64,000 bases of DNA from Vulcanimicrobiota bacterium (GTDB taxonomy: Bacteria > Vulcanimicrobiota > Vulcanimicrobiia > Vulcanimicrobiales > Vulcanimicrobiaceae), in NCBI GenBank assembly GCA_963714015.1, contig OY970223.1:608001-672000 (forward strand), read 5' to 3'. Below are positions 20,470 through 30,563 of the stretch, piece after piece. The notes under the pieces were generated by a model. The model saw nothing but the letters and a program-made list of their open reading frames with translations, did no database searches and was not told the origin of the DNA. A program made the translations under genes and the position numbers. The first letter of the stretch is position 1. Every line of letters begins with the position of its first letter.

Positions 20470-21351
20470 ATGGAACTGCAACAGCTGGAGTACTTTCGCG
20501 TCGTCGCGCGGATGGAGCACGTAACCCAGGCCGCCGAGGAACTGGGCATTACGCAGCCGGCACTGAGCCGGGCGGTGTCACGCCTCGAGCGCGACATCGG
20601 AGTGCCGCTGTTCGACCATCGCGGCCGGTCCGTGCGCCTGAACCGCTACGGAACGGCGTATCTGCGGCACGTCGATCGCGCCTTGGCCGCATTAGAAGAG
20701 GGCCGCCGGGAGTTGACGGACTTATCCGACCGCGAGTCCGGCGTCATCGCGTTTGGGTTCGCGCACGCGCTCGGAACGCGAGTCGTTCCCGATTTGATCG
20801 CCGCGTTTCGCTCCGATCATCCGCGCGCGCGGTTTCAACTGATGCAGAACGCGTCCCACATCATTCTGAGCGAATTGGAAGCGGGCGAGGTCGATCTTGC
20901 TTTGGTTTCACCGGTGCCGATAGCGAGCGATCGCATCGAATCGGTGGAGTCTGCTTCCGAAGAGCTGCTGTTAGCCGTGCCGTACGAGCATCGTTTTGCA
21001 AAGCGCAAATCGGTACGGCTCGCTGAATTGCGGGACGACACGTTCGTGTGTTTGCGGCGCGGCTATGGCCTTCGCGCTTTGACGGATGACTTTTGCGCTC
21101 GCGCGGGATTCGCTCCAAAGATCGCATTCGAAGGCGAGGAGATTGCGACGCTGCGAGGACTCGTAGCCGCGGGACTCGGCGTGGCAATCATTCCGGCCGC
21201 CGCCGAAATGGGACCGCCGGAGATTCGGATCAACGAGCCAATCTGCCGCCGCACCATCGGGTTATTATGGAATCCGTCACGTTATCAATCAGAGCTCACT
21301 CAGCAATTCCGGCATCACGTTTTATCGGGTTATAAAGCAATTACGGAATAG
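20470..21351 (+). CDS. LysR family transcriptional regulator (GltC-like)
   Basis: MELQQLEYF...EHVTQAAEELGITQPALSRAVSRLE HTH; DLALVSPVP; LRGLVAAGLGVAIIP. Confidence 0.95.
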   Translation: MELQQLEYFRVVARMEHVTQAAEELGITQPALSRAVSRLERDIGVPLFDHRGRSVRLNRYGTAYLRHVDRALAALEEGRRELTDLSDRESGVIAFGFAHALGTRVVPDLIAAFRSDHPRARFQLMQNASHIILSELEAGEVDLALVSPVPIASDRIESVESASEELLLAVPYEHRFAKRKSVRLAELRDDTFVCLRRGYGLRALTDDFCARAGFAPKIAFEGEEIATLRGLVAAGLGVAIIPAAAEMGPPEIRINEPICRRTIGLLWNPSRYQSELTQQFRHHVLSGYKAITE

Positions 21352-21361
21352 AGGTTGGAGA

Positions 21362-22339
21362 TTAAGCGGAAGCGTGCGTGAAATGGGCGATCACCAGACT
21401 GCTGATCGCAATCAGTACCCAAAGGATTCCGCCGAGCGCGAGGGGGCGGAATCCGGCCTCTTTAAAGCCTTTCGCATCGGCGGAAAGGCCGACGGCGCTG
21501 AGTGCGACGATGATCAGAAAGAGCGCGGCTTTCGTCAACAAGGGATGCACCTGCGAGGGAATTGCACCGGTTGTGTTGATAATCGCGGCGAACAAAAACC
21601 AAAGAATGAACCACGGGATGATCTTGCGCCAATTCGCGCGTTCGCCGCCGCTGCGCGCCCTCCAAATTTTCTTGCCGGCGTAAAAGAGCACGATGGGCAC
21701 GATCAGCGCCGTTCGCGTAAGCTTGACGATAACGGCCTGATTTCCGGCAATGTGTCCGTACGTAAATGCCGCAGCCACGACCGAAGATGTGTCGTTGATA
21801 GCCGTACCGGCCCACAAGCCGAAACCATTCTGCGAGAGTTGAAGCCAGTGCCCCAGCCACGGGAACGTGAGCACCGCCGCGACGTTAAACAAGAATACCG
21901 TTGAGAGCGCATAGGCAACCTCGGCTTGGTTCACGTCAATCACGCTGGAGAGCGCCGCAATAGCCGACCCGCCGCAGATCGCGGTCCCGACACCGAGCAG
22001 GCGGCGCAGGTCACGATCGATGCCGAGCAGCTTTCCGAAAACGTAGGCGGCCGCTAGCGTGACAATAAGCGTGCCGAGCATCACGGGAAGTGAATGCTCA
22101 CCGGTCCGCCCGATCTCTCCCAGTTGCAGCGTCGCACCGAGCAAGACGATCGATGTCTGCAGAAGCTCTCTGCTCGCGAACCGGATTCCCGGCGCAGCCG
22201 CTTTGCCCGGTGGAACCATGACGGCGCATAGCATGCCGAGCACGATTCCAAACACCGGCCCCCCGACGACCGGCACGATCGTCCCGAGGGCATACGCAAG
22301 AACGGCGACGCAGATCGCCAACAGCAATCCTAAAAACAT
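21362..22339 (-). CDS. YeiH family putative sulfate exporter
   Basis: GVGTAICGGSAIAA, FGLWAGTAINDTSSVVAA, VKLTR; about 10 TM helices. Confidence 0.9.
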   Translation of the reverse strand: MFLGLLLAICVAVLAYALGTIVPVVGGPVFGIVLGMLCAVMVPPGKAAAPGIRFASRELLQTSIVLLGATLQLGEIGRTGEHSLPVMLGTLIVTLAAAYVFGKLLGIDRDLRRLLGVGTAICGGSAIAALSSVIDVNQAEVAYALSTVFLFNVAAVLTFPWLGHWLQLSQNGFGLWAGTAINDTSSVVAAAFTYGHIAGNQAVIVKLTRTALIVPIVLFYAGKKIWRARSGGERANWRKIIPWFILWFLFAAIINTTGAIPSQVHPLLTKAALFLIIVALSAVGLSADAKGFKEAGFRPLALGGILWVLIAISSLVIAHFTHASA

Positions 22340-22357
22340 CGACGCAACGTTTAGGGA

Positions 22358-23170
22358 CTAAAAGAACGAGGCCTGGTCGGGCGGGAAGACGATCGTCCGG
22401 TTTTTCTGAAACTTCGGCCGCGAGTGGCTCAAAACGAAAGCGGAGACGTCGTACGCTTCCCGGTCGCTCAAACTTCCGGGATCGTTCTGCGGCATGTTGT
22501 AACGCACGAACCCCGCCATCGTGTTGAGACGGTGCATGCCCGCGCCCCCGTTGAACGACGACGGTCCCCACAACGGTGGAAAGACCGGACCGTTCCCGGC
22601 GCCGCCCGCGCCATGGCACGCCGAGCATTTTTGCGCGTATACGGCACTTCCATGGTTGACGTCCGGTTTTCCGAGCGAGATTGAAGCCAGCTTCACCCGA
22701 GGATCGGGCGTTGCGCCGATGGCCGTACCGCGCGAAAGATATGTAATATATGCAACGATCGCAATCATCTCGCGGCTGTTGTAAGCTGGGGGATGCCCGT
22801 TCATGCTGTAAAGAAAGCACTCCGCCAAACGATCCTGCAGCGCTATTGCCCGGTTTGCGCGTTTGTTCCACTGCGGAAATTGCGCGGCGATACCGACGAA
22901 CGAACCACCGCGCGGCTTTGTTCCCGCGTTCACGTGGCACGCCGCGCAATCCATCTTCGCCCCGACATAGTTTCCCATGTGCGCCCGCGTGTGTTCGATC
23001 AGCTCGCGACCATACCGGATCAGCTCGCCGGCTTGCCCTTTGGGAAGCGCAGACGGATCGTAGATCGCTGCCGTAAGCGCGGCCGGGGGTGACGCCGTCG
23101 AACTAGGCGACGACGAACACGCGACCATTGCGAGAGCGATCGCCGCCAACCCGGAGTGCACGAGCTTCAT
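22358..23170 (-). CDS. tsdA: Diheme c-type cytochrome lipoprotein, thiosulfate dehydrogenase TsdA-like
   Basis: Lipobox MVAC; CAACH and CSACH; DRLAECFLYSMNG (TsdA-type active-site cysteine segment); PPLWGPSSFNGGAGM; NMP. Confidence 0.78.
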   Translation of the reverse strand: MKLVHSGLAAIALAMVACSSSPSSTASPPAALTAAIYDPSALPKGQAGELIRYGRELIEHTRAHMGNYVGAKMDCAACHVNAGTKPRGGSFVGIAAQFPQWNKRANRAIALQDRLAECFLYSMNGHPPAYNSREMIAIVAYITYLSRGTAIGATPDPRVKLASISLGKPDVNHGSAVYAQKCSACHGAGGAGNGPVFPPLWGPSSFNGGAGMHRLNTMAGFVRYNMPQNDPGSLSDREAYDVSAFVLSHSRPKFQKNRTIVFPPDQASFF

Positions 23171-23877
23171 ACGAAGACCGGTGTAATGTACGTGTAGTGA
23201 TGCCGCGCCTGGAGCACGGCAATCGTTGCGACCATCGACGGGACGACGTGCGTTCCGGGAATCAGATGCGTCAGGATGTCCGCGGCCACGTCCGAGGCGC
23301 TCGCCCCCCCCGGCGCAAATCCGCTCTTGATCAGCGCGCGCGACTGTTCTTCCACCGCGGTATGACAGGTAAGAAAGACCACGCCGCGGCTCTGAAGCGT
23401 CTGAATCGACGTGTCTTGATAGATGCTGTTCGGATCGTCCGGATCCGCGTTCGCGTCGGGCTTTTTCAGCGGAGCAAGAAAGACGTTCGACGTCACGGGG
23501 TTGCCTTGTGCATCCTTCAGTTTGAAGGCGTCGCCCAGCCGGTATTTCGCCCAGATTTCGTCGCTGTAGTTGTAGACTCCGGACGGACCGTGCGGCGCAA
23601 AAGCCATCGCGATCTCGGATGGGGCATGCCCGAAGCCGAATTGCAAACCGTTGAGGGCATTCTTGACGTTCGCGAAAATCTGGGGATGAAAGGAGACGGC
23701 CTCCCACAATTGCCGTATCTGCGTTTCCGGTTTGTCCACTACCGACTCGAACGCGGCTAAGTCGAAATCGGACTTCCGCTCGACCAGATGCGTTCCGCCC
23801 GGCACGCTGCCGGCGCGCGCTGCAGTGCTCGCGGCGGCGACTAGTGAGGCAGATGCCAAGAACGAGCTTCGTTTCAT
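23167..23877 (-). CDS. Tat-type exported DsrE-like protein
   Basis: MKRSSFL Tat-like signal; VFLTCHTA cysteine; C-terminal VVPSMVATIAVLQ...YTYI matches the DsrE-family pattern. Confidence 0.65.
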   Translation of the reverse strand: MKRSSFLASASLVAAASTAARAGSVPGGTHLVERKSDFDLAAFESVVDKPETQIRQLWEAVSFHPQIFANVKNALNGLQFGFGHAPSEIAMAFAPHGPSGVYNYSDEIWAKYRLGDAFKLKDAQGNPVTSNVFLAPLKKPDANADPDDPNSIYQDTSIQTLQSRGVVFLTCHTAVEEQSRALIKSGFAPGGASASDVAADILTHLIPGTHVVPSMVATIAVLQARHHYTYITPVFV

Positions 23878-23967
23878 CGCAGGACCTCCACGCCGTCACA
23901 TTCGGCTGCGCACTACTAGAACATTGGACAGGCCGGAGCCTTCCGGCTCGAAAGCGAAGAATACGGA

Positions 23968-25185
23968 GTGACCACAATCTCACTCTTTGGAGCCGTATTC
24001 GCAGGCATCGCAGCGGGCGCCGTCGTGACTTGGCTCGTCATGCGCTCCATCGGCGGCGCGCATCTCGAGACGCTGGTCGAACGCGTCAAGGGCGAGCTGC
24101 ACGATGCGAACGCGCGCATCGCCGAAACGCAGCGCGATACGTTCTTGGCGCTCGCCGGCGAGCGTTTCGCGGCCGCCGAAGAACGCAGCAACGCCAAATT
24201 GAGCGAGCTCGTCACGCCGGTTCAGCAGAAACTGAGCGAGTTCGATTCGCTGGTCAAGGACCTGGAAAAGGAGCGCGTCGGCGCTTACGAAGGGCTGCGC
24301 GAGCAGATCGGCGGCCTGATCGAGCGCAGCGGCCGAATGGAAACTGCAGCTTCTCAGCTTGCCTCGGCGCTGCGGAATCCCACGACACGCGGTAAGTGGG
24401 GCGAGGTTCAACTGCGCCGCGTCGTCGAGCTGGCAGGCATGGAGCCGTACTGCGATTTCAACGAACAGCAGACGTTCGACACCGGCGATGAGCGCGGACG
24501 GCCCGACATGACCGTTGCGCTGCCCGGCAATGCAAAGATTTTCGTCGACGCGAAGGTTCCGTTGAGCGCCTATCTGGACGGCATCGAGGCTGCCGACGAA
24601 AGCCTTCGCCGGGAACGGCTTCGGGCGCACGCTTCCGCCTTCAAGTTGCACGTCGATTTGCTGGCGCGCAAACAGTATCAGCGCGCCGACGGTTCGGCTG
24701 ACTTCGTCGTGATGTTCGTCCCAGGCGAGGCATTTCTAAGCGCGGCATGCATCGAAAATCCCGAACTTATCGAGTACGGCGCATCGCGTGACGTCTACAT
24801 CGCAAGTCCGCTCACCCTCATGGCGCTGCTGCGTTCGTATGCGCTGGGATGGCAGCAGCGCGCGCAGGAGGAGAACGCCAAGAAGATCGCCGCGGCCGCG
24901 GCCGAGCTCTACGAACGCGTGCGCGTCTTCGCTCAGCACTTTGCCGGCATCGGCCTCTCGCTGCAGCGCGCGACCGAAGCCTATAACAAATCCATCGCTT
25001 CGATGGAGAGCCGCGTTCTGCCGCAAGGGCGCAAAATCAAGGAGCTCGCGTCCTTACCGGACGCGGAGCTCCCCGAGATTCAAGCGGTAGAGATCGCTCC
25101 TCGCGAGGTCACGGCGCTCGATGCCGATCCCCGCAAGAAACGGGCCAAACAGCCCAAGCTGTTCTCCGACGACACGGTAGCCTAA
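23968..25185 (+). CDS. rmuC: DNA recombination protein RmuC
   Basis: N-terminal TM, coiled coil, RGKWGEVQL, RPDMTVALP, VDAKVP, VMFVPGE. Confidence 0.93.
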   Translation: MTTISLFGAVFAGIAAGAVVTWLVMRSIGGAHLETLVERVKGELHDANARIAETQRDTFLALAGERFAAAEERSNAKLSELVTPVQQKLSEFDSLVKDLEKERVGAYEGLREQIGGLIERSGRMETAASQLASALRNPTTRGKWGEVQLRRVVELAGMEPYCDFNEQQTFDTGDERGRPDMTVALPGNAKIFVDAKVPLSAYLDGIEAADESLRRERLRAHASAFKLHVDLLARKQYQRADGSADFVVMFVPGEAFLSAACIENPELIEYGASRDVYIASPLTLMALLRSYALGWQQRAQEENAKKIAAAAAELYERVRVFAQHFAGIGLSLQRATEAYNKSIASMESRVLPQGRKIKELASLPDAELPEIQAVEIAPREVTALDADPRKKRAKQPKLFSDDTVA

Positions 25186-25188
25186 TCG

Positions 25189-25734
25189 CTATTTCTGCGA
25201 GCCGGAGTTTTCTAGCCGTTTGAGCGCGTTCAGCGTATTCGCGACGTGCTGGTTAGGTTCCATGTTCGTGTACGTGTACGCGATCTTTCCATTGGGTGCG
25301 ATGACGTACGACGTGCGGTTCGCATATTTGGGATCCTGCGGCAGCACGGCGTCGTAGGCCTTAGCGACGGTTAAGTCGGGATCGGCCGCCACCGGAAACT
25401 TGCTGCGGCAAGCACTTACCGAAAACTTGTTGAGCGTGCCGATGTTGTCGTGCGAGACGCCGATGACCGTTGCGCCAAGCTTCTTGTATTGGCCGATGGC
25501 CGACGCAAAGTCGTGCGCTTCAATGGTGCAGCCGGTAGTAAAGGCCGCCGGATAAAAATAGAGCACGACGGGGCCTTTTTTGAGCGCACTGTCGAGATCG
25601 AATGCGAAGACCTTGCCGCCGATCGACGCCTGCGTTTTGAACTCCGGAGCGGTCGCACCGACGGACAGGCTGGCGAGAGCAGGTGCTGATGCCGCGGCAA
25701 CGAGAGTGAGTGCCGCGAAAAAACGACGATACAT
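25189..25734 (-). CDS. Exported peroxiredoxin (BCP/PrxQ-like)
   Basis: Signal peptide; VLYFYPAAFTTGCTIEA (PxxxTxxC); RTSYVIAP. Confidence 0.9.
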   Translation of the reverse strand: MYRRFFAALTLVAAASAPALASLSVGATAPEFKTQASIGGKVFAFDLDSALKKGPVVLYFYPAAFTTGCTIEAHDFASAIGQYKKLGATVIGVSHDNIGTLNKFSVSACRSKFPVAADPDLTVAKAYDAVLPQDPKYANRTSYVIAPNGKIAYTYTNMEPNQHVANTLNALKRLENSGSQK

Positions 25735-25803
25735 AAATTGACTCCTCCGGTCTGAGGCTTTCATGGAAGCGCAACACCTCGCCTTCGGGGAAAGATGAGA
25801 TCC

Positions 25804-26527
25804 ATGGCAGACTGGTCGTCCTACTTCGCCCGTATGGAAGGTGCTCCGATATCAATCGCGGTTGACCTGGGGTTTCGTGACGCCGCGCCGGTCGATGACA
25901 AACCTGCGGCATACACAGTCGCGGTAGCGCTGCTGCAGCCCGACGAACACGGAATGACCACGGAAGACGAGTATCGCGCGCTGGGAAGGATCGAAGAAGA
26001 ACTAGCGGCTGCGCTGGAACCTCAGGGAATCGTCGAGGTGGGCCGCGTCACCGGTCGCGGCATGCGGACGTTCCATTATTACGGGCCGCAGGACCGGGAC
26101 TTTTCCTTGGCAGCGGCCGGCGTCATGGAAGCGCATCGCAATTACCGCTACCGCGCGATTTCGGCATCGGACCCCGGCTGGGCGATCTACACTTCGTACC
26201 TCTACCCGGACGAGCACCAGACTTGCTTTTGCGAACGATATGAAGGCGTTGCAGGCCTTATTGGACGCCGGCGACGACTTCGAGCGCGTGCGTCCGATCG
26301 AGCATACGATCCGTTTCGACGATATCGAAAAGCGAGACGTGTTTGCGCGCGCAATGGCGGATCACGGCTACGAGATCGAGGTCGACGACGGGATCAATAC
26401 GGTACGTTGCTGCCGCCGGGATACCATCGACCCGTTCAAGATTACCGAGATGCGCACTGCCCTCACGACGCTGGCGGAGGAGTTCGGCGGAATCTACTCA
26501 GGCTGGGCGACAGTCGTTCAACATTAA
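25804..26527 (+). CDS. DUF695 / RraB-like protein with an apparent +1 frameshift near 26221
   Basis: N-half WSSYFARMEG...DPGWAIYTSYLYP continues as (LAFAND)MKALQALLDAGDD...RPIEH...GGIYSGW in the next frame. Confidence 0.75.
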
Positions 26528-27805
26528 GCGTCCGCAGCGGCCAAAAGCATGGCTCGCGCGGCTGCGAATATGCGCGCTGCGGACTGGCGGTGGAGACGGC
26601 CGTGGGCGTCGGCTTCCGGCGGCAGCAGAATCATTTGCGCATTAGCCTCAAAGACAGCAACGATTCCTGCGGGCGTCATGCCGAAATCGATGCCGGCGTA
26701 ATCGAGCGCAAGGGTGGCGGCGACGCGCTGCAGTGAGGCGATCGCAGCGGCGCCTATCGCCGACTCCGGCGCATCGAGAAACCGGCGCTCCTCACGTTCG
26801 AATGCTTCGTTTCCCACCGTTTCCGAATGCATATAGTGCACTTTCCATTCTCGGGAGACGGCTAAATGCGCGGGATACAACTGACCGTCCACGATCATCA
26901 TCCGGTATTTGCGAATGTAGCCGTCGCTCGAGCGCGTGTCGATGAACTCCATCGCCAGAAGATCGTCTCCGGGCAAATCACGAAGCGCGGCTTGAAATCC
27001 GGCAGCGTCGTCCACCCGGAGAAAGTAACGGCCGGTATGGTGGCCGGGCACCCGAAGCAGAAACGGAAAATCGAACGGCGGTGCGGCTCGGCGGTCGATC
27101 GCGATCGCGGCAGCCGCGCGCACGTTTTCGATAGCCGTTAACTGTTTTGCGTTTGCCGCCCGGCCCGTACGCGCAACCGCTTGCGGATCGTTGATTATGC
27201 GCGAACTCGAATTGGCTGCAATCGCGGATGCGCGCTCGAGTGCGCGCCCGCTGCGGTCCGCATCCGCGACGGCGTTGAATATGAATGCGTGAGGCGGCAG
27301 CTGCAGACTGTTCGGGCGCATAGTCGACGACCAGTTCCCGTACCAAGTACGTACCGTCGTCCAGCAGAAAATCCGTGTAGACGTTTCCGCCTTTACCGCT
27401 GACAAGCAGCAAGACTGGAATCGGGCGCCCGGAACCGGTGAATGCGCGGGGTCTCAGCCATCGATCTTTGAACGCGATCGCGCGATGACGTTCCGCGCCC
27501 GCCTCGTCGCCTTCACGCGAGAGAACGTAGCTTAGGCCTTCATGCGCTTCTTGCAAACCCTGACGCAGGAGAATGGCCTGCCCAAACCGCTCGCGCGCTG
27601 CGGCCATTTCGCCCGAAGCGAAAGCAACATTGGCCAGCCCCAAGTGAACGAATGCGTTCGAGGGCTCGAGCCGCAGCAGGCGTTCGTACGCTAGACGAGC
27701 GGCACTCCGGCGGCCGGTTCGCAGCGCCAGTGCGGCGATTCCGAAGAGCGCTGCCCGGTCGTCGGGATTCCGGGCGAGCGCCGCAAGAAACTCGGACTCG
27801 GTTAC
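26524..27805 (-). CDS. TPR plus ATP-grasp-like protein with an apparent +1 frameshift near 27315 (start codon uncertain)
   Basis: TPR helices and SGKGGNV in ORF 26978..28039 join RIINDP, FPFLLRVPGHHTG, RKYR, LDYAGIDFG, VFEANA in ORF 26524..27405. Confidence 0.7.
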
Positions 27806-28956
27806 GAGTAGAGTCCCATGTTCCGCGCGATTACCAAGCGCTGCACCTCGTTCGTCCCTTCCCCGATCTCGTTGATTTTTTGATCGCGATACATGCGTGA
27901 AATGGGATACTCGTCCATGAATCCGTAACCGCCGTGAATCTGGAGGCCTTCGTTCACGCAGCGCCGGGAGACTTCGGCCGCGTAGAGCTTGGCCAAGCTG
28001 GCGGTCTGTGCGAACTCGCGTCCGTTGTCTTTCTCCCACGCGGCTTTGAGCACCATGAGCTCGGCGTGCTCGATTTCGGTCAGCATGTCGACCAATTTGA
28101 ACTGAATCGCTTGGAACTTGCTTATTGGGCGGCCGAACGCGACGCGTTCCTTTGCGTATTTCATTCCTTCGTCGTATGCGCCGCGCGCAAGGCCGACGGA
28201 GAGCGCCGCTACCGAGATGCGCCCCGCGTCGAGAATCGTCAAGAAGTTCCGCAATCCCTCACCGCGCTCGCCGAGTATGTTTTCAGCCGGAACTTCTGCG
28301 TCGGTGAACGCCAGCTCGCGCGTATCCGACGCGCGCCAGCCCATTTTCTTGTATTTTTTGCTGCGAGTGAAGCCGGGCGTGCTCTGTTCCACGATAAGAT
28401 TCGTAATCTCGGGCTTTCCGTCAGGCCGGCTGCCGGTCACGGCCGTAATCGTGGTTCCCGCGCTGATGTCCGTGCCGCTGTTGGTGATGAACGCCTTGGT
28501 GCCGTTGACGATCCACTTACCGTCTCGGAGCACCGCCTTCGTTTGCGTATTGCCCGCGTCGCTGCCGGCGTTCGGCTCCGTCAAGCCGAATCCCCAAAGC
28601 ACCTTGCCCTGCGCGAGCGGCACGAGATACTTCTGCTTTTGCTCTTCCGTACCGAACAGATAGAAAGGGCTCGCACCCAGGGAAACGTGCGCCGCCATCG
28701 TGATGGCCGTCGAGGCATCGACCCTCGCCAGTTCCATCACGGCAAGCGCATAACTCACCGTATCCGCGCCGGCACCGCCATATTTCTCAGGAAAGGGCAA
28801 GCCCATCAGTCCGAGCTCGGCCATCTGCTTGACGAGATCGTAAGGGAAGGCTTCTTCGCGGTCCATTTCCTCGGCCCGCGGCGCGACACGCTCGATCGCA
28901 AACTCGCGAACCGTCTGGCGAATGGCCTTTTGTTCGTCGGAAAGGTCAAAATTCAT
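27802..28956 (-). CDS. Acyl-CoA dehydrogenase
   Basis: LTEPNAGSD, NGTKAFITN, KMGWRAS, RVAFGRPISKFQ, QIHGGYG, IGEGTNEVQR. Confidence 0.96.
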   Translation of the reverse strand: MNFDLSDEQKAIRQTVREFAIERVAPRAEEMDREEAFPYDLVKQMAELGLMGLPFPEKYGGAGADTVSYALAVMELARVDASTAITMAAHVSLGASPFYLFGTEEQKQKYLVPLAQGKVLWGFGLTEPNAGSDAGNTQTKAVLRDGKWIVNGTKAFITNSGTDISAGTTITAVTGSRPDGKPEITNLIVEQSTPGFTRSKKYKKMGWRASDTRELAFTDAEVPAENILGERGEGLRNFLTILDAGRISVAALSVGLARGAYDEGMKYAKERVAFGRPISKFQAIQFKLVDMLTEIEHAELMVLKAAWEKDNGREFAQTASLAKLYAAEVSRRCVNEGLQIHGGYGFMDEYPISRMYRDQKINEIGEGTNEVQRLVIARNMGLYS

Positions 28957-29005
28957 GATTGCCGGAGGTATCCGTACGGCCGATTTGAAAACTCCTTTTG
29001 CAGCG

Positions 29006-29716
29006 ATGATCTCATTACGCGCCGTCTCTCTCGTGTACCCGAACGGAGTCCGCGCCATCGACGGCATCGATCTGGAGATCGGCAAAGGGGATTTCGTCTT
29101 CCTCGTCGGGCACTCCGGAACCGGAAAATCCAGCCTTCTCCGCCTTCTTTACCGCGAAATGACGCCGACGACCGGATCCATTACCGTCGACGGCATTCGC
29201 GTCGACCAGCTCCGGCGCGGAAGGGTTCCCATGCTGCGGCGGCATCTCGGAGTCGTCTTTCAGGACTACAAACTGCTCACGGACAAGACGGTGTGGGAAA
29301 ACGTAGCGTTCGCTTTACAAGTGACCGGCGCACATACCAAGGACGTCGTGCGGCAAGTACCGCGCGTCCTCGACTTGGTAGGCTTGGCCCATAAAGCGCG
29401 CATGTATCCGAACGAACTCTCCGGCGGAGAGCAGCAGCGCAGCGCCATCGCCCGCGCGCTGGTCAACAATCCCAAGATCCTGCTCTGTGACGAGCCGACC
29501 GGCAATCTGGATCCGGCAAACACTTCCGAGATCATGGATCTGCTGCAGCGCATCAACCTGAAGGGCACGACGGTGCTCGTCGCCACGCACAATCAAGCCG
29601 TCGTCGATCGAATGCGGCGCCGGGTCGTCCGCCTTGAAAACGGACGTATCGTCACTGACGAAGAGCGGGGATATTACTTCCTTGGACTGGGGCAAAACCA
29701 AATTCTTTCTGGGTGA
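29006..29716 (+). CDS. ftsE: Cell division ATP-binding protein FtsE
   Basis: GHSGTGKS, VVFQDYKLL, LSGGEQQR, DEPTGNLD; followed by ftsX. Confidence 0.95.
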   Translation: MISLRAVSLVYPNGVRAIDGIDLEIGKGDFVFLVGHSGTGKSSLLRLLYREMTPTTGSITVDGIRVDQLRRGRVPMLRRHLGVVFQDYKLLTDKTVWENVAFALQVTGAHTKDVVRQVPRVLDLVGLAHKARMYPNELSGGEQQRSAIARALVNNPKILLCDEPTGNLDPANTSEIMDLLQRINLKGTTVLVATHNQAVVDRMRRRVVRLENGRIVTDEERGYYFLGLGQNQILSG

Positions 29717-30563
29717 GGTTCTTCGGAACTTCACCCGCAATGCCGGCATGCAGGCAACCGCTATCGGAACCGTCGCGGTGACGATCGTTCTGCTCGGCAT
29801 CTTTTTGTACGTTCGCGCAAGCATCGCGCACTTGAGCAGCGACGTCTTCAGTCAGATCACGATCTCGACGTACATGAAGACGGACGCGAGCGCGGCCCAA
29901 GTGGCCGCCGTCCGCACCGCGCTGGCGAAAGATCTGCGGGTGGCCAGCGCGCAGTACATTCCGAAAAAACAAGGCCTCGAAGAGCTGCGGCAGCGGATGA
30001 AAGGCCAAGTCGACACCAGCCTGCTGACGGAGAATCCGCTCCCCGATAAGTTCCGCGTCTCCATGCACGATCCGAATGAGGTTTCCGCCGTAGCGGCTTC
30101 GATCCGTAAACTCCCGGGCGTCGAAAACGTCGACTACGGGCAAGACGTCGTAAAGCGCCTGCTGCAGCTCGCAAACGTTGCCCATCGGGCCGGTCTTGCC
30201 GTCATAACGCTGTTCATCCTCGTCGCAGGAATCATCATTTCCAACACGATCCGGCTGACGGTTTTTGCCCGCCGCCGCGAGATCTCGATCATGCAGCTCG
30301 TCGGCGCCACGAACATGTACATTCGCATGCCGTTTATCTGTGAAGGGCTCCTTGACGGCTTGCTCGGCGCGGGTCTCGCGATCGCCGTGCTTGCTATTGC
30401 GCGCGCCTCGTTGGTACCCAAGGTGGCAGCCGCCCTTCCCTGGGTGCAGATCAACGTCGTTCAAATCGATCTGTCATCGCTCGTTCTCCAGCTGATTGCT
30501 GTCGGCGCCGCCGTCGGTATCGTCGCCTCGTGGATATCGGTCGGACGATACCTGCGGACGTAG
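29682..30563 (+). CDS. ftsX: Cell division permease FtsX
   Basis: ENPLP, ISNTIRLTVFARRREISIMQLVGAT, PFICEG; TTG start inferred. Confidence 0.93.
   Translation: MDWGKTKFFLGEVLRNFTRNAGMQATAIGTVAVTIVLLGIFLYVRASIAHLSSDVFSQITISTYMKTDASAAQVAAVRTALAKDLRVASAQYIPKKQGLEELRQRMKGQVDTSLLTENPLPDKFRVSMHDPNEVSAVAASIRKLPGVENVDYGQDVVKRLLQLANVAHRAGLAVITLFILVAGIIISNTIRLTVFARRREISIMQLVGATNMYIRMPFICEGLLDGLLGAGLAIAVLAIARASLVPKVAAALPWVQINVVQIDLSSLVLQLIAVGAAVGIVASWISVGRYLRT

Noticed and set aside
22358..23983. 541-aa ORF suggesting a long N-terminal extension of the cytochrome
   Set aside because: The extension overlaps the DsrE-like gene in another frame; the lipoprotein signal begins at ATG 23170.
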